In this document: positions 63,384 to 64,000 of the stretch, one piece after another
How the letters are laid out: each line of letters opens with the position of its first letter
Position numbering within the stretch: position 1 is the stretch's first letter
NCBI RefSeq assembly: GCF_006345805.1
Contig: NC_043005.1
Location: forward strand, 103,788,001 to 103,852,000
Source of the DNA: Octopus sinensis
Lineage: Eukaryota
Length of the DNA stretch: 64,000 nt
Direction of reading: 5' to 3'
Notes under the pieces: model-generated
Told to the model about the DNA's origin: nothing
Seen by the model: the letters and a program-made list of their open reading frames with translations, nothing else
Database searches by the model: none
Made by a program: the position numbers and the translations under genes

Positions 63384-64000
63384 TACACGCACAATTGCAC
63401 ACATACACACACACACTACAAAGGTTTGAATGAATATATACGTACACAAATACACGCATGCACACACACTACATAAATTTGAGTAACCATGTACATTCTT
63501 ACACACATATGCATATATGTATATGTATATATATATCTACATACATACATACATACACAGACACACACACACACACATATATATATATAAATATATATAT
63601 ACACGCACATGCAGTCATAAGCATATTCACGCATACGCATAAATTCACACATTCACACACACAAACACATGCACATTGTAAATACTCACTTACCTTACTA
63701 CCACCACCACCACCACCACCACCACCACCACCAACTATCTCTCCAATTGCTATACACAAACACGCATGGCAGGTACGTGATTAGTGCAGCAATTGGCATC
63801 AGTATGTTACTTTGTTTTTACTTTTTATAATTTCCTAATTTTAATTGTTCTTCTTAATAGAGATAGGTACACGACATATATAGGAAATACATATCTCTCT
63901 CAGAGTGCTTTTTCACAAGTAAATTAAATTAAATTGATATAATTAATAGTATCATTTGAAAACTATTTATTTAATAGCTCCAATTAAAATTGTGTTGGCG

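Overview
Eukaryotic, AT-rich DNA saturated with microsatellites and transposon debris. The repeat landscape (tRNA-headed CORE-type and Meta-type SINEs, long TA/TATG/AAT tracts) suggests an octopod cephalopod; this is inference from pattern recognition, not a database match. No intact long protein-coding gene is visible, and nearly all ORFs in the supplied track are microsatellite or SINE translations. Supported content: three or four tRNA-derived SINE families; decayed R4/Dong-like, CR1-like, RTE-like and Penelope-like retroelement fragments; decayed maT and mariner transposases; hAT-type and piggyBac-type MITEs; non-autonomous Helitrons; a 100-N scaffold gap; and a few plus-strand candidate exons. 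Main observations: (1) seven minimal type-I hammerhead-ribozyme motifs in three short cassette families, several sitting in microsatellites, one with a tRNA-like pol III head; (2) a 28S rRNA-like insert with the sarcin-ricin loop and 17-bp flanking direct repeats; (3) a 55-bp array with four intact CArG boxes and three CCAAT boxes; (4) a 226-bp fold-back; (5) flip/flop isomers of a Helitron terminal palindrome; (6) a mariner remnant built from two left ends. Coordinates were counted by hand, and repeat boundaries may be off by a few bases.
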